From a virus (Duplodnaviria > Caudoviricetes): a stretch of 37,131 nt of DNA. Below, one piece after another: positions 1-8,446 of the stretch. The stretch is from IMG/VR virus record IMGVR_UViG_3300005805_005005, positions 1 through 37,131 of that record; one strand, written 5' to 3'. Positions within the stretch are counted from its first letter, which is position 1. Each line of letters begins with the position of its first letter. The notes under the pieces are model-generated. The model worked only from the letters and a program-made list of their open reading frames with translations. It searched no databases and was not told the DNA's origin. A program made the position numbers and the translations under genes.

Positions 1-2
1 AT

Positions 3-560
3 AGAGAATATAGTTTTGAAGAAGATTGGATTAGATATAAACCCAATTCTTTGATAGAAATATACGATGGGACTTGTGCGTGCAGTAATCATTTTTGCGG
101 CAAATATCCTCAAGTAACATATATACAAAAAAATATCGGGGTAACCGAGGGAACAGAACATTTATCAAACATATTAAAAAATAAATCAAATGTAGTTTTA
201 AAAGTTGATATAGAATCCGCTGAATACGTATCATTTGATAATGTAGATTTATCTAATGTTGTATGTCTAACTCTTGAGATTCATAACGTCAATAATAAAC
301 AAAATCAACAAAAATTAAATAGATTATTTAGTAATGAATTTTCTACACTTACATTATTTCATCTACACGCTAATAATTGGGGAGATGTGTTCAATTTAGA
401 AAATTATCAAATACCAACTGTTATTGAACTGTCATTTATAAATAACAAAATAATTAAAGAGCATAGGTTAGATTTAGGTGTGTTTCCTATCGATGGAATA
501 GATTTCCCAAACCACACAGGACGTCCTGATATAAAGCTTGACTGGATAAATAAATTCTGA
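3..560 (+). CDS. FkbM/Methyltransf_22-like SAM-dependent methyltransferase, 5'-truncated by the window edge
   Basis: Frame is open from position 3 (REYSFEEDW...), upstream of the ORF-track start at 51. Motifs YSFE, LKVDIESAEY, LEIH, FHLHANN and P.VIELSF are typical of this family. Confidence 0.7.
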   Translation, partial: REYSFEEDWIRYKPNSLIEIYDGTCACSNHFCGKYPQVTYIQKNIGVTEGTEHLSNILKNKSNVVLKVDIESAEYVSFDNVDLSNVVCLTLEIHNVNNKQNQQKLNRLFSNEFSTLTLFHLHANNWGDVFNLENYQIPTVIELSFINNKIIKEHRLDLGVFPIDGIDFPNHTGRPDIKLDWINKF

Positions 561-568
561 GGATTTAT

Positions 569-1525
569 ATGAATAAACTGTTTAACTTTAAAACACTGGT
601 TTCATTTACTGCATTAACTATTGCAGGATGTGCAGCATTGTTCTCAGTAACGGGTATTGGTACCTTGTTTGCCGGAGCAGCTGTATCCGCAATGGTAATG
701 GCTAGTGCTTTAGAGTTGGGTAAGTTAGTAGGAATATCATTCCTTTACAGATATTGGACAGAAGTTCCTAAAGCATTAAAAACGTATTTGTCTGTAGCTA
801 GTGTGATATTAATCATCATTACATCAGCAGGTATCTATGGATATTTGTCATCTGCTTATGCAAAGGTAGCAGCAGACCCATTGAAAATGAATGCTGAAGT
901 ACAAATATTAAATTCACAAGCGGAAACAATTGACGAAGAAATTAAACGTAAGACCCAAAGATTGGACCAAATCATATCACTTCGTGGTCAACAAGAAAAT
1001 CGTATTGATGATTTGATTGCAAAAAGTACTACGGGGTCAAACACCACGATTCGTAATGCTCAAAACCAACTAACCGAACTTACCAGAACGGCAAATACAC
1101 TACAACAAGAAATTAACAAAGCATCTGCTCAACGTGATAGTTTACGAGCAAAGAGTTTGACCACAGATGTGGCAATCACCACGAATTCAGATATCGGAAC
1201 GTTCGTATATATTTCACGTGCAATTGGTGTACCATTAGACACAGTGGTGAAGTGGTTTATATTGGTTATCGTATTAGTATTTGACCCACTTTCTATTTGT
1301 TTGGTTCTTGCATATAATTTTTTAATTAAACGAGAAGAACAAATCATCGTAACAAAAGAAATAAAAAATAATGAGGAGCAACCTCCAGTATGGGCAGTAT
1401 ATGGGGACTCAATTGATGAAAATATAAAAACGGAAGAGCCAACGGAGTCTACTTCAAACGAAAATACAGTAGAAGTACAGAATGACGATTATTTTAAAAG
1501 TCATAAATTATTCAAGGGTACTTGA
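569..1525 (+). CDS. Membrane protein with three N-terminal TM helices, a long coiled coil and a C-terminal TM helix
   Basis: GAGGA RBS upstream. Hydrophobic N-terminal segments, a heptad-rich middle, WFILVIVLVFDPLSICLVLAYNF, and an acidic tail. Confidence 0.7.
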   Translation: MNKLFNFKTLVSFTALTIAGCAALFSVTGIGTLFAGAAVSAMVMASALELGKLVGISFLYRYWTEVPKALKTYLSVASVILIIITSAGIYGYLSSAYAKVAADPLKMNAEVQILNSQAETIDEEIKRKTQRLDQIISLRGQQENRIDDLIAKSTTGSNTTIRNAQNQLTELTRTANTLQQEINKASAQRDSLRAKSLTTDVAITTNSDIGTFVYISRAIGVPLDTVVKWFILVIVLVFDPLSICLVLAYNFLIKREEQIIVTKEIKNNEEQPPVWAVYGDSIDENIKTEEPTESTSNENTVEVQNDDYFKSHKLFKGT

Positions 1526-1550
1526 CAAAGCATACAAATTAGTGTATATT
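1522..1550 (+). promoter_or_regulatory. Sigma70-type (early/middle) promoter
   Basis: TTGACA (1522-1527), a 17-nt spacer and TATATT (1545-1550). It is followed by GGAGG (1567-1571) and the GTG start at 1576. Confidence 0.8.
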
Positions 1551-1575
1551 TAATATAACTCTACTTGGAGGCTTT

Positions 1576-2475
1576 GTGCCTATTAATATTGGTTATTGTT
1601 GTATTAATACGTTATTAAACAAACAAGGTATTACTACTGGTCGTGCGATGCGTAAAGCCACCTTTGAAGCCAAGGGTCTTAAATACGCATCTGAACTCGC
1701 ACTCGCAAATGCACGTGACCTCCTTACTATTCTAAAGTGGAACGCAGACAACGGAATCACCGTATTCCGTATGGGGTCTGGTATTTTCCCGTGGGGTACC
1801 GAATACAAGATTACCAGTCTCCCTGATTATTTTGCAATCGTCAGTACGTTGAGGCAGGCCGGTGATTTCGCTAAACTCACCGGTCAACGTATTACTGCTC
1901 ACCCCGACCACTTTGTGAAGTTGGGGTCACCTCACGCTAAAGTCGTAGACAATTCTATCAAAGACTTGGAACTCCACTCCGAAGTGTTTGACTATATGGG
2001 GTTGTCTGCAAGTCCTTATAATGCCATCAATATCCACGTTGGTATGAACTTCTCTGAGGAGACTGCCCAACGGTGGATTGATAATTTTCGTAGATTGTCA
2101 CCGAACCTTCAAGCACGTATGGTAGTGGAGAATGATGATAAGGAAAACTCGTTCTCTATCGTCCAACTATTCACATACATCTATTCTGAGTTGGGTATTC
2201 CACTCACCTTTGACTATTTCCATCATCAGTTTCATACCGATGGTCTGACCACACAAGAAGCAGCAGAACTTGCCGCCGGTACGTGGCCGGAAGGTATGAA
2301 TCCACTTTTCCATTATAGTGAGAGTAAAAATGTTAATGAGAACGTTACGGGCAACCCTCGCGCTCACGCTGATTATGTCTTTTCTCGTATTGACGATTTT
2401 GGACTCACGTTGGATGTTGACCTCGAAGCAAAAGCAAAAGAACTAGCACTCTTCAAATATAGGGAACTTGTATGA
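1576..2475 (+). CDS. uvdE: UV damage endonuclease (UvdE/UvsE family)
   Basis: Motifs IGYCCIN, FRMGS, RITAHPDHFVKL, NIHVG, VENDD, PLTFDYFHH, HYSES, HADY and DLEAKAKE. GTG start with a GGAGG RBS. Confidence 0.93.
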   Translation: MPINIGYCCINTLLNKQGITTGRAMRKATFEAKGLKYASELALANARDLLTILKWNADNGITVFRMGSGIFPWGTEYKITSLPDYFAIVSTLRQAGDFAKLTGQRITAHPDHFVKLGSPHAKVVDNSIKDLELHSEVFDYMGLSASPYNAINIHVGMNFSEETAQRWIDNFRRLSPNLQARMVVENDDKENSFSIVQLFTYIYSELGIPLTFDYFHHQFHTDGLTTQEAAELAAGTWPEGMNPLFHYSESKNVNENVTGNPRAHADYVFSRIDDFGLTLDVDLEAKAKELALFKYRELV

Positions 2476-2621
2476 GAACACCCCTTGACATATTAGTAGC
2501 AATTATATATTTTATTATATTCATGGTATTATTCGTTATTCTGGGTATATCATACACGTTTGTTGTAGCGTATATTTTATTTAGTGAATTGGTTACTTAC
2601 ATTAAAAACAAATTCAAATGA
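2472..2621 (+). CDS. 49-aa hydrophobic membrane micro-protein (not in the ORF track)
   Basis: MRTPLDILVAIIYFIIFMVLFVILGISYTFVVAYILFSELVTYIKNKFK*. It has an ATGA overlap with the uvdE stop and an ATGA overlap with the next gene's start. Confidence 0.75.
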   Translation: MRTPLDILVAIIYFIIFMVLFVILGISYTFVVAYILFSELVTYIKNKFK

Positions 2622-3253
2622 CACCACTTATTTCGTTTGCAATTACCACACATAATGAAGGTGAGTACATTCGTACATTACTTGACCAACTCATCCCACA
2701 CTGTGAACAGACAGGTGATGAGATTGTAGTTGTAGACGATAATTCTACAGACCCGTTTACTTTGTCTATGTTGTATGATTATGCAGACAAGGACAAGATT
2801 CAATTGCATCAGCATGAATTGAACAACGATTTTGCAGGACACAAGAATTACTTGAATACTCTGTGTAAAGGTGAATACATTTTTCAGGTTGATGCAGACG
2901 AGAAGTTTCATGATAATCTATTGACATATCTTCACGATATTGTAGACAACAATAAAGAAATAGATGTATTCCTCATTCCTCGCGTAAACATTGTGAACGG
3001 ATTGACAGAAGAAGATATTCGTCGGTGGGGATGGCGAGTAAATGAAAAAGGTTGGGTAATGTTCCCAGATTATCAAACCAGATTGTATCGTAATAGTGAT
3101 TTCATTTATTGGCAAGGAAAAGTCCACGAACGTATTGTGGGATATAAAACAATGGCACCACTTCCAGATGAAGAAGAATGGTGTCTATATCATATCAAGG
3201 AAATTGAACGTCAACGCAAACAAAACGATTATTATGACACAATTACACGGTAA
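2618..3253 (+). CDS. Family 2 glycosyltransferase (beta-1,4-glucosyltransferase-like)
   Basis: Motifs ISFAITTHNE, IVVVDDNSTD, FQVDADE (DxD), PDYQTRLY and VHE. Confidence 0.88.
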   Translation: MTPLISFAITTHNEGEYIRTLLDQLIPHCEQTGDEIVVVDDNSTDPFTLSMLYDYADKDKIQLHQHELNNDFAGHKNYLNTLCKGEYIFQVDADEKFHDNLLTYLHDIVDNNKEIDVFLIPRVNIVNGLTEEDIRRWGWRVNEKGWVMFPDYQTRLYRNSDFIYWQGKVHERIVGYKTMAPLPDEEEWCLYHIKEIERQRKQNDYYDTITR

Positions 3254-4265
3254 ACAAGCTCTCACTTACGACGACATTCAACTTATCCCTGCGTTTTCGG
3301 ATATTGAATCTCGTCAGAATATTGACCTTACGACCAAACTGACAACTAATTATAGTATTAGGGTTCCGTTCGTTGCATCTCCGATGGACACAGTATGTGA
3401 TAGTGAGATGGCAATCGCAATGGCAGAACTTGGTGGTATTGGTTGTATTCACCGATTTATGACACCCGCAGAACAAGCGTATGAGGTGTCGTATACCAGT
3501 AAGAGTGTAAAGAATAAGGACTGGTGGACATCGCACGTTATGGCGGCAGTCGGAGCAAATGGTGACTATTTGGAACGAGCACAAGAATTGGTCAGAAACG
3601 GAGCTAATATCATTTTAATTGATGTGGCTCACGGATATCATAGTTTTGTTCGTGACGCAATCAGTAACTTAAAAAAGAATCTTCCGTCTAACGTAGATGT
3701 AATTGCGGGAAATGTTGCCACTGGTAAGGCGGCACTGGCATTACAAGACTGGGGAGCAGACGCAATTCGTGTTGGTATCGGTGGTGGTTCATTGTGCACC
3801 ACTCGTATCAAGACGGGATTCGGTGTTCCAAATGTAACGTCACTTCAAGATTGTGCTCGTCAACTCTTCGTTCCAGTTCTTGCCTGTGGTGGAATCAGAA
3901 ATAGTGGTGATATTGCAAAGGCACTTGGTCTTGGAGCGAGTTCGGTGATTCTCGGGTCACTTCTAGCAGGAACAAAAGAAGCTCCTGGAGCTATAATTGA
4001 AAAGTCAACTGGACTATATAAGCGGTATCGTGGAGCCGCCTCGTTGGAAACGAAGAGTGTTCACGGACAAGCAAAACGGAATGTAGAAGGAGAATCAACT
4101 ATCGTACCTTTTAAGGGAAAGGTAAAGTTCGTCGTGGATGGACTTACGGATGGATTACGGTCAGCACTATCCTACGCTGGTGCACGGAATCTTGAAGAGT
4201 TTATCCCAGAATATGTGGTAGTCACCAATGCAGGTATGGCAGAGGCAAAACCACACTTACTATAA
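3234..4265 (+). CDS. IMP dehydrogenase / GMP reductase family enzyme lacking the CBS subdomain
   Basis: Motifs ALTYDDIQLIP, ASPMDTV, GGIGCIHR, IDVAHG, IAGNVAT, catalytic loop GIGGGSLCTTR, GSLLAG, YRG and VEG. The ATG at 3234 fits the family N-terminus better than the track start at 3096. Confidence 0.88.
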   Translation: MTQLHGKQALTYDDIQLIPAFSDIESRQNIDLTTKLTTNYSIRVPFVASPMDTVCDSEMAIAMAELGGIGCIHRFMTPAEQAYEVSYTSKSVKNKDWWTSHVMAAVGANGDYLERAQELVRNGANIILIDVAHGYHSFVRDAISNLKKNLPSNVDVIAGNVATGKAALALQDWGADAIRVGIGGGSLCTTRIKTGFGVPNVTSLQDCARQLFVPVLACGGIRNSGDIAKALGLGASSVILGSLLAGTKEAPGAIIEKSTGLYKRYRGAASLETKSVHGQAKRNVEGESTIVPFKGKVKFVVDGLTDGLRSALSYAGARNLEEFIPEYVVVTNAGMAEAKPHLL

Positions 4266-4276
4266 CCGGAGGAAAT

Positions 4277-4813
4277 ATGAGAAAGATTTCTATTATCTCA
4301 TTTATGTTGGTTGCAGTATTTGGTTTTAAGTCAGCACAGTTAGTATATGTACCAGATGGAAGTGTAATGTCGGAACCCACACCAATTGAGCAATTTATGG
4401 CACGTATTGCGGCAATCGAAACACCGGAAGGTGGGTATCACACAGTAAATAAATACGGAATGATGGGACGATATCAGTTTAGTCCTACAACTATAGAAGT
4501 AGTAGGTATCAAAGCAACCAGACAACAGTTTTTACGTAACCGTGAGTTACAAGATACCGCAATGGTTCGTCTTATGGAGTTGAACGAACAGGAATTGTCT
4601 GGATATATTGAACGGTATGATGGTCGTACTGTCAAAGGAGTAAAGGTCACCCGCGCCGGGATTCTCGCAGGAGCACATTTTGCGGGAGCAGGTGGTGTCA
4701 AGCAATTTTTAACAAATGACAATCATACGGGAACGGTGGACGGATTCGGTACATCACTCAGAAAGTATATGTCGTATTTTAGTAATTTTAATTTACCCCC
4801 ATTAAGAGGATAA
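4277..4813 (+). CDS. Lysozyme-fold / lytic transglycosylase-like protein with an N-terminal signal peptide or anchor
   Basis: GGAGG RBS and N-terminus MRK plus a hydrophobic stretch. IAAIET (catalytic Glu), N..G..GRYQF and AGAHFAGAGG. Confidence 0.7.
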   Translation: MRKISIISFMLVAVFGFKSAQLVYVPDGSVMSEPTPIEQFMARIAAIETPEGGYHTVNKYGMMGRYQFSPTTIEVVGIKATRQQFLRNRELQDTAMVRLMELNEQELSGYIERYDGRTVKGVKVTRAGILAGAHFAGAGGVKQFLTNDNHTGTVDGFGTSLRKYMSYFSNFNLPPLRG

Positions 4814-4814
4814 A

Positions 4815-5099
4815 ATGTTAGTATTTTTCGTAGTACTATTGTCGGTTCTAGTTTGTGCACTGTCGTATGGTTGTTGGAATCTTCTGAAAAGAAATGAAGA
4901 ATTAGAAGAAGCCATTAATCTATTTTATGCTCGTACCAACGCAACTGTAAGGTATATGAGATTTTTAGACGAACGCCAAATGTTCGAACGTGACGATGAA
5001 GTAGGTGAAGTATTTAAATTATTAGTTGAAACCGTAGATAAACTCTACGGATTCGTTACGGAGATTAGAGATGGTAATACAACAGAGGAAGAAAAGTAA
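4815..5099 (+). CDS. Small protein with an N-terminal TM helix
   Basis: GAGGA RBS. Hydrophobic residues 1-22 are followed by a charged helical region. Confidence 0.65.
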   Translation: MLVFFVVLLSVLVCALSYGCWNLLKRNEELEEAINLFYARTNATVRYMRFLDERQMFERDDEVGEVFKLLVETVDKLYGFVTEIRDGNTTEEEK

Positions 5100-5811
5100 C
5101 AAAGTATATTTCACACAGGAAACAGAAGACGCTATTATAAAATATAATAAGTCAGATGATGTAGAGGAAAGAGAAACATTATTTAGAGAATATATATATG
5201 GACCGCTTGATAAGCTAGCAGAGAATGTTATCAACCGGTTCAAATTTCCATATATGGAGGGTACCTTCGATGAAATCAAATCGCAGGTAGTCTCCTTTCT
5301 CGTTATAAATTTACATAAATTTACTGAAGATAAGGGTAAAGCATTCTCGTATTTTAGTGTAATTGCTAAAAATTACCTAATTTTACACAATAATAATTCT
5401 TACAAAGAAGAAAAACGAGTACTGTATTTCTCTGACCAAACGGAAGATTCTTTTAGCTTAGAAGAAATGTTGATTGTAGAGCCGGAAACTAAAGACTCTA
5501 CAGTAGATATGAAAGAATTTTTAAAAATATTGGTAGAATACTGGGAATTTAATCTAGACCGATTTTTTAAGAAAAAACGTGATCGTGAAATAGCATCCGC
5601 CATAGTTAAATTAATAGAACGAATTGATAATATTGATAATTTTAACAAAAAAGCCCTATATTTGATGGTACGGGAAATGACCAATTATAAAACCGCCCAT
5701 ATCACCAAGGTCATCAACAAGATGCGACCGCAGATTATCAAGATGCTGGGGGAATTTCGTAGAAATGGACATCTTTCAGACCCAACCCATTATTTCTCGT
5801 ATAAAAAGTAA
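5071..5811 (+). CDS. Phage late-transcription sigma factor (T4 gp55-like)
   Basis: YFTQETEDAIIKYN, LHKF...KAFSYFSVIAKNYLI (sigma region 2-like), and a C-terminal HTH-like segment. GGAG RBS at 5060. Confidence 0.75.
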   Translation: MVIQQRKKSNKVYFTQETEDAIIKYNKSDDVEERETLFREYIYGPLDKLAENVINRFKFPYMEGTFDEIKSQVVSFLVINLHKFTEDKGKAFSYFSVIAKNYLILHNNNSYKEEKRVLYFSDQTEDSFSLEEMLIVEPETKDSTVDMKEFLKILVEYWEFNLDRFFKKKRDREIASAIVKLIERIDNIDNFNKKALYLMVREMTNYKTAHITKVINKMRPQIIKMLGEFRRNGHLSDPTHYFSYKK

Positions 5812-5838
5812 ATCCTATCTATTTATAGTATAGGATTT
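5810..5838 (+). promoter_or_regulatory. Putative late promoter TATTTATA in the loop of a 9-bp inverted repeat
   Basis: AAATCCTAT (5810-5818) pairs with ATAGGATTT (5830-5838). TATTTATA lies at 5820-5827, 23 nt before the ATG at 5851. Confidence 0.65.
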
Positions 5839-5850
5839 TAGGGGGTCTTT

Positions 5851-6234
5851 ATGGATATCAATTCCGAACTGTATGATGGGAAGAGTCTAGCCGACTTATT
5901 CACAGAAATACACAAAAATACCGACAGTAAACGGGCTCAAATCAACTCGTTTATTATGAAAATGGTCCAACTCATCCGTACTCCAGAAGATGCGGCTGTG
6001 ATTGGACCAATTGTGCAGGGATTCTTGGAAGTGAATGTCAAGAACGACGAACACTTGGTTCGAGTTGCTCAAATTGCCCAACGTATCGTGTCAGTTGGGG
6101 TGAAGTCGAATGCTTCATTAGACGGGTTACTATCGGAATCAGAAAAAGAAGCGTTATTGAAGGACATCAAAGTAGAAATTCAAGACCTTCAAGAAGATGT
6201 GAAGGACTTGGATGATGTTTTTGCGGAGAAATAG
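5851..6234 (+). CDS. Hypothetical phage protein (helical)
   Basis: Clean 127-aa ORF, GGGGG RBS-like tract, first gene after the putative late promoter. Confidence 0.7.
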   Translation: MDINSELYDGKSLADLFTEIHKNTDSKRAQINSFIMKMVQLIRTPEDAAVIGPIVQGFLEVNVKNDEHLVRVAQIAQRIVSVGVKSNASLDGLLSESEKEALLKDIKVEIQDLQEDVKDLDDVFAEK

Positions 6235-6237
6235 TTA

Positions 6238-8445
6238 ATGCTGACAATTTTCGGGGAAGATACAAATAATCCTGGAGAATCTAACTATCCCAGAGGTGCT
6301 ATAAAGATACCTCCGGTGTATAAACCGGCAATTGTCGTAGATATTATTATAAACGAAAAGAGTATAGGATATAATAAACGTACTGGAGAAAACATAGGAG
6401 AAGCCAAAGTAAAATTACTGGTACAGGATGAAACACTAACCGCTGATTCAGATGGATTAAATACCGCATATCCTATTGAAACTAATATTCTTGAATTTCC
6501 CCTTGTTGGTGAAGTTGTAAACTTAATGTTCATAGCAGGAAAACTGTATTACTCTAGACGAATAAATTTATTAAATAAAATATCGGAAGATATTTCTGAT
6601 GTTATAGTTAGATTACTAGCAGAAAATCCAAATTTATATAATCCAAGAATGTCTGGTGCATCGGACCCTAATGCAGCAACTAATTTAACATTAGCTCAGG
6701 GCTCTGTTACCTCAAACTACATAACGCCCACAGAAAATGTATTAAAACAAAGTGATATATTGTTTCCAGAGGTTCTATCTGTTAAACCTCATATTGGAGA
6801 TATTATTTTTCAAGGAAGATTTGGTACAATCATACGAATGGGCTCTAGTTTATTCAGTAATCCGACTAAAGGAACACCATCACCTAATTTATTATTAACC
6901 GCAGGATTGTCACAAACACCAACTCAAGTATCAACGACGGCTCCATCGATATATTCGTTGCAATATGAGGATATAAACGAGGATAAATCATCTATTTGGT
7001 TGGTGAGTAAAGAAGAAGTTGTGTTTAATGCAGCAACACAAAACAGCACTTCACCTAATAAAGCACATCTTCGCGGTTCTGAAATTCCAAAAATAATGCC
7101 GCACTACGTCGGAGCACAAATATTCATAAATTCTGATAGAGTAGTCTTAAACAGTAAAAGAGAAGAATTATCATTATTTTCTAAGAGAGAAATAAACTTA
7201 AGTGCACTGGAATCGATAACGATAGCATCAGAAAAACATGTGTTCATATCAACTAATGAAGACGTTAAGCTTAAATCAGATAAAGATATTACTTTAGATG
7301 CAACAAATAGTTTAACACTAAGCGCTACGAAAGATATATCAACTAATAGCGAAAATTTCTCCATATCAGCTAAAAAAATATACATAGGTTCAAACGGTGA
7401 TACTAGCCAACCAATGGTTCTTGGTGCAAACTTAGCTGGATTTCTATATGCGTTTATAGAAACTTTAAAAAATACATTACCTTTGTCTGTTATAGCGACG
7501 CCGACTGGACCGGGTAGTATACAGATTCCCGCACTGATAACCAGTTTAAATGTTTTACAAAAACAACTAGGTGATGTAGGAAAACCACAAAGCGCTATGT
7601 TTAATAGTAAAGATAATTTCGTAGCAGAAAAAAATAGTGCGGTGGTTGAGGCGTCTCCTGTTATAGTAACTCCACCAGTACAACCAACCGCTGTTACAGA
7701 ATCTACGGATAATCCTAATTCCGATGCAGCCACGACTGAACAAATAATAACAGTAGAAACAGCGTTACAACGTATATTGGCCAATCCGAATTTAGTTGGA
7801 GTGGGAAAAGTATTTCGTAATATTATTACTAGAGGTATCATCATTAATCAATTAAGGGATGAAATTAGTAAATATAACATAACGGACCCTCTGGTTATTG
7901 CTCATTTTCTTTCACAAGCGGCACATGAATCACTTTCGTTCTCTAAAACAACAGAGAATTTAAATTATTCAGTGGATACGTTAGCAAATCCTGATAGTGG
8001 CATAAGTAAGTACTTTACTGGAGTAGCAAATCAATACGCAAAAAAACCTGAGCAAATAGCAAATAGATTTTATGCTAACAGATTGGGAAATGGTTCGGAA
8101 GCATCTGGAGACGGATGGAGATACAGAGGTAGAGGATATATTCAGCTTACCGGTAAGGCAAATTATACAGCATTTAACCCATCTGTACCAGAGAATGTGG
8201 TAGAAAGGCCTGACTTAGTAGAATCAAAGTATCCTATGCAGTCGGCTATGTGGTTTTTTATGGCAAAACCGTATTCAAGACAAGGATTCCCCAATAGAGT
8301 ATATAAAATTGCATTAGAAGGAAGTACAGACCAAATAGTTAGACGTGTTACTTTGGCCGTTAATGGTGGATTCAATGGACTTCAAGAAAGAATACAAAAT
8401 TTTAGAGAAGTATACGGCACTATAACTGGTACAACGGTAGCATAA
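6238..8445 (+). CDS. Baseplate hub/spike (gp5/VgrG-like) with a C-terminal GH19 peptidoglycan hydrolase domain
   Basis: N-terminal OB-fold-like PLVGEVV and GDIIFQGRFG..IR, then beta-helix-like repeats (INSDRVVLNSK...ITIASEK...ITLDAT) and a P/T linker. GH19 motifs AHFLSQAAHES, ENLNYS, YRGRGYIQLTGKANY and VNGG.NGL.ER. It lies upstream of the gp25/gp6-like genes. Confidence 0.8.
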   Translation: MLTIFGEDTNNPGESNYPRGAIKIPPVYKPAIVVDIIINEKSIGYNKRTGENIGEAKVKLLVQDETLTADSDGLNTAYPIETNILEFPLVGEVVNLMFIAGKLYYSRRINLLNKISEDISDVIVRLLAENPNLYNPRMSGASDPNAATNLTLAQGSVTSNYITPTENVLKQSDILFPEVLSVKPHIGDIIFQGRFGTIIRMGSSLFSNPTKGTPSPNLLLTAGLSQTPTQVSTTAPSIYSLQYEDINEDKSSIWLVSKEEVVFNAATQNSTSPNKAHLRGSEIPKIMPHYVGAQIFINSDRVVLNSKREELSLFSKREINLSALESITIASEKHVFISTNEDVKLKSDKDITLDATNSLTLSATKDISTNSENFSISAKKIYIGSNGDTSQPMVLGANLAGFLYAFIETLKNTLPLSVIATPTGPGSIQIPALITSLNVLQKQLGDVGKPQSAMFNSKDNFVAEKNSAVVEASPVIVTPPVQPTAVTESTDNPNSDAATTEQIITVETALQRILANPNLVGVGKVFRNIITRGIIINQLRDEISKYNITDPLVIAHFLSQAAHESLSFSKTTENLNYSVDTLANPDSGISKYFTGVANQYAKKPEQIANRFYANRLGNGSEASGDGWRYRGRGYIQLTGKANYTAFNPSVPENVVERPDLVESKYPMQSAMWFFMAKPYSRQGFPNRVYKIALEGSTDQIVRRVTLAVNGGFNGLQERIQNFREVYGTITGTTVA

Positions 8446-8446
8446 T

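Noticed and set aside
2485-2513. TTGACA at 2485 as a promoter for the GT2 gene
   Set aside because: The hexamer at 17-nt spacing (TATTTT) is poor, and the site lies inside the coupled 49-aa ORF. It is possible but unsupported.
3096-3233. N-terminal extension of the IMPDH-like ORF
   Set aside because: It overlaps the GT2 gene by more than 150 nt, and family similarity begins at the ATG at 3234.
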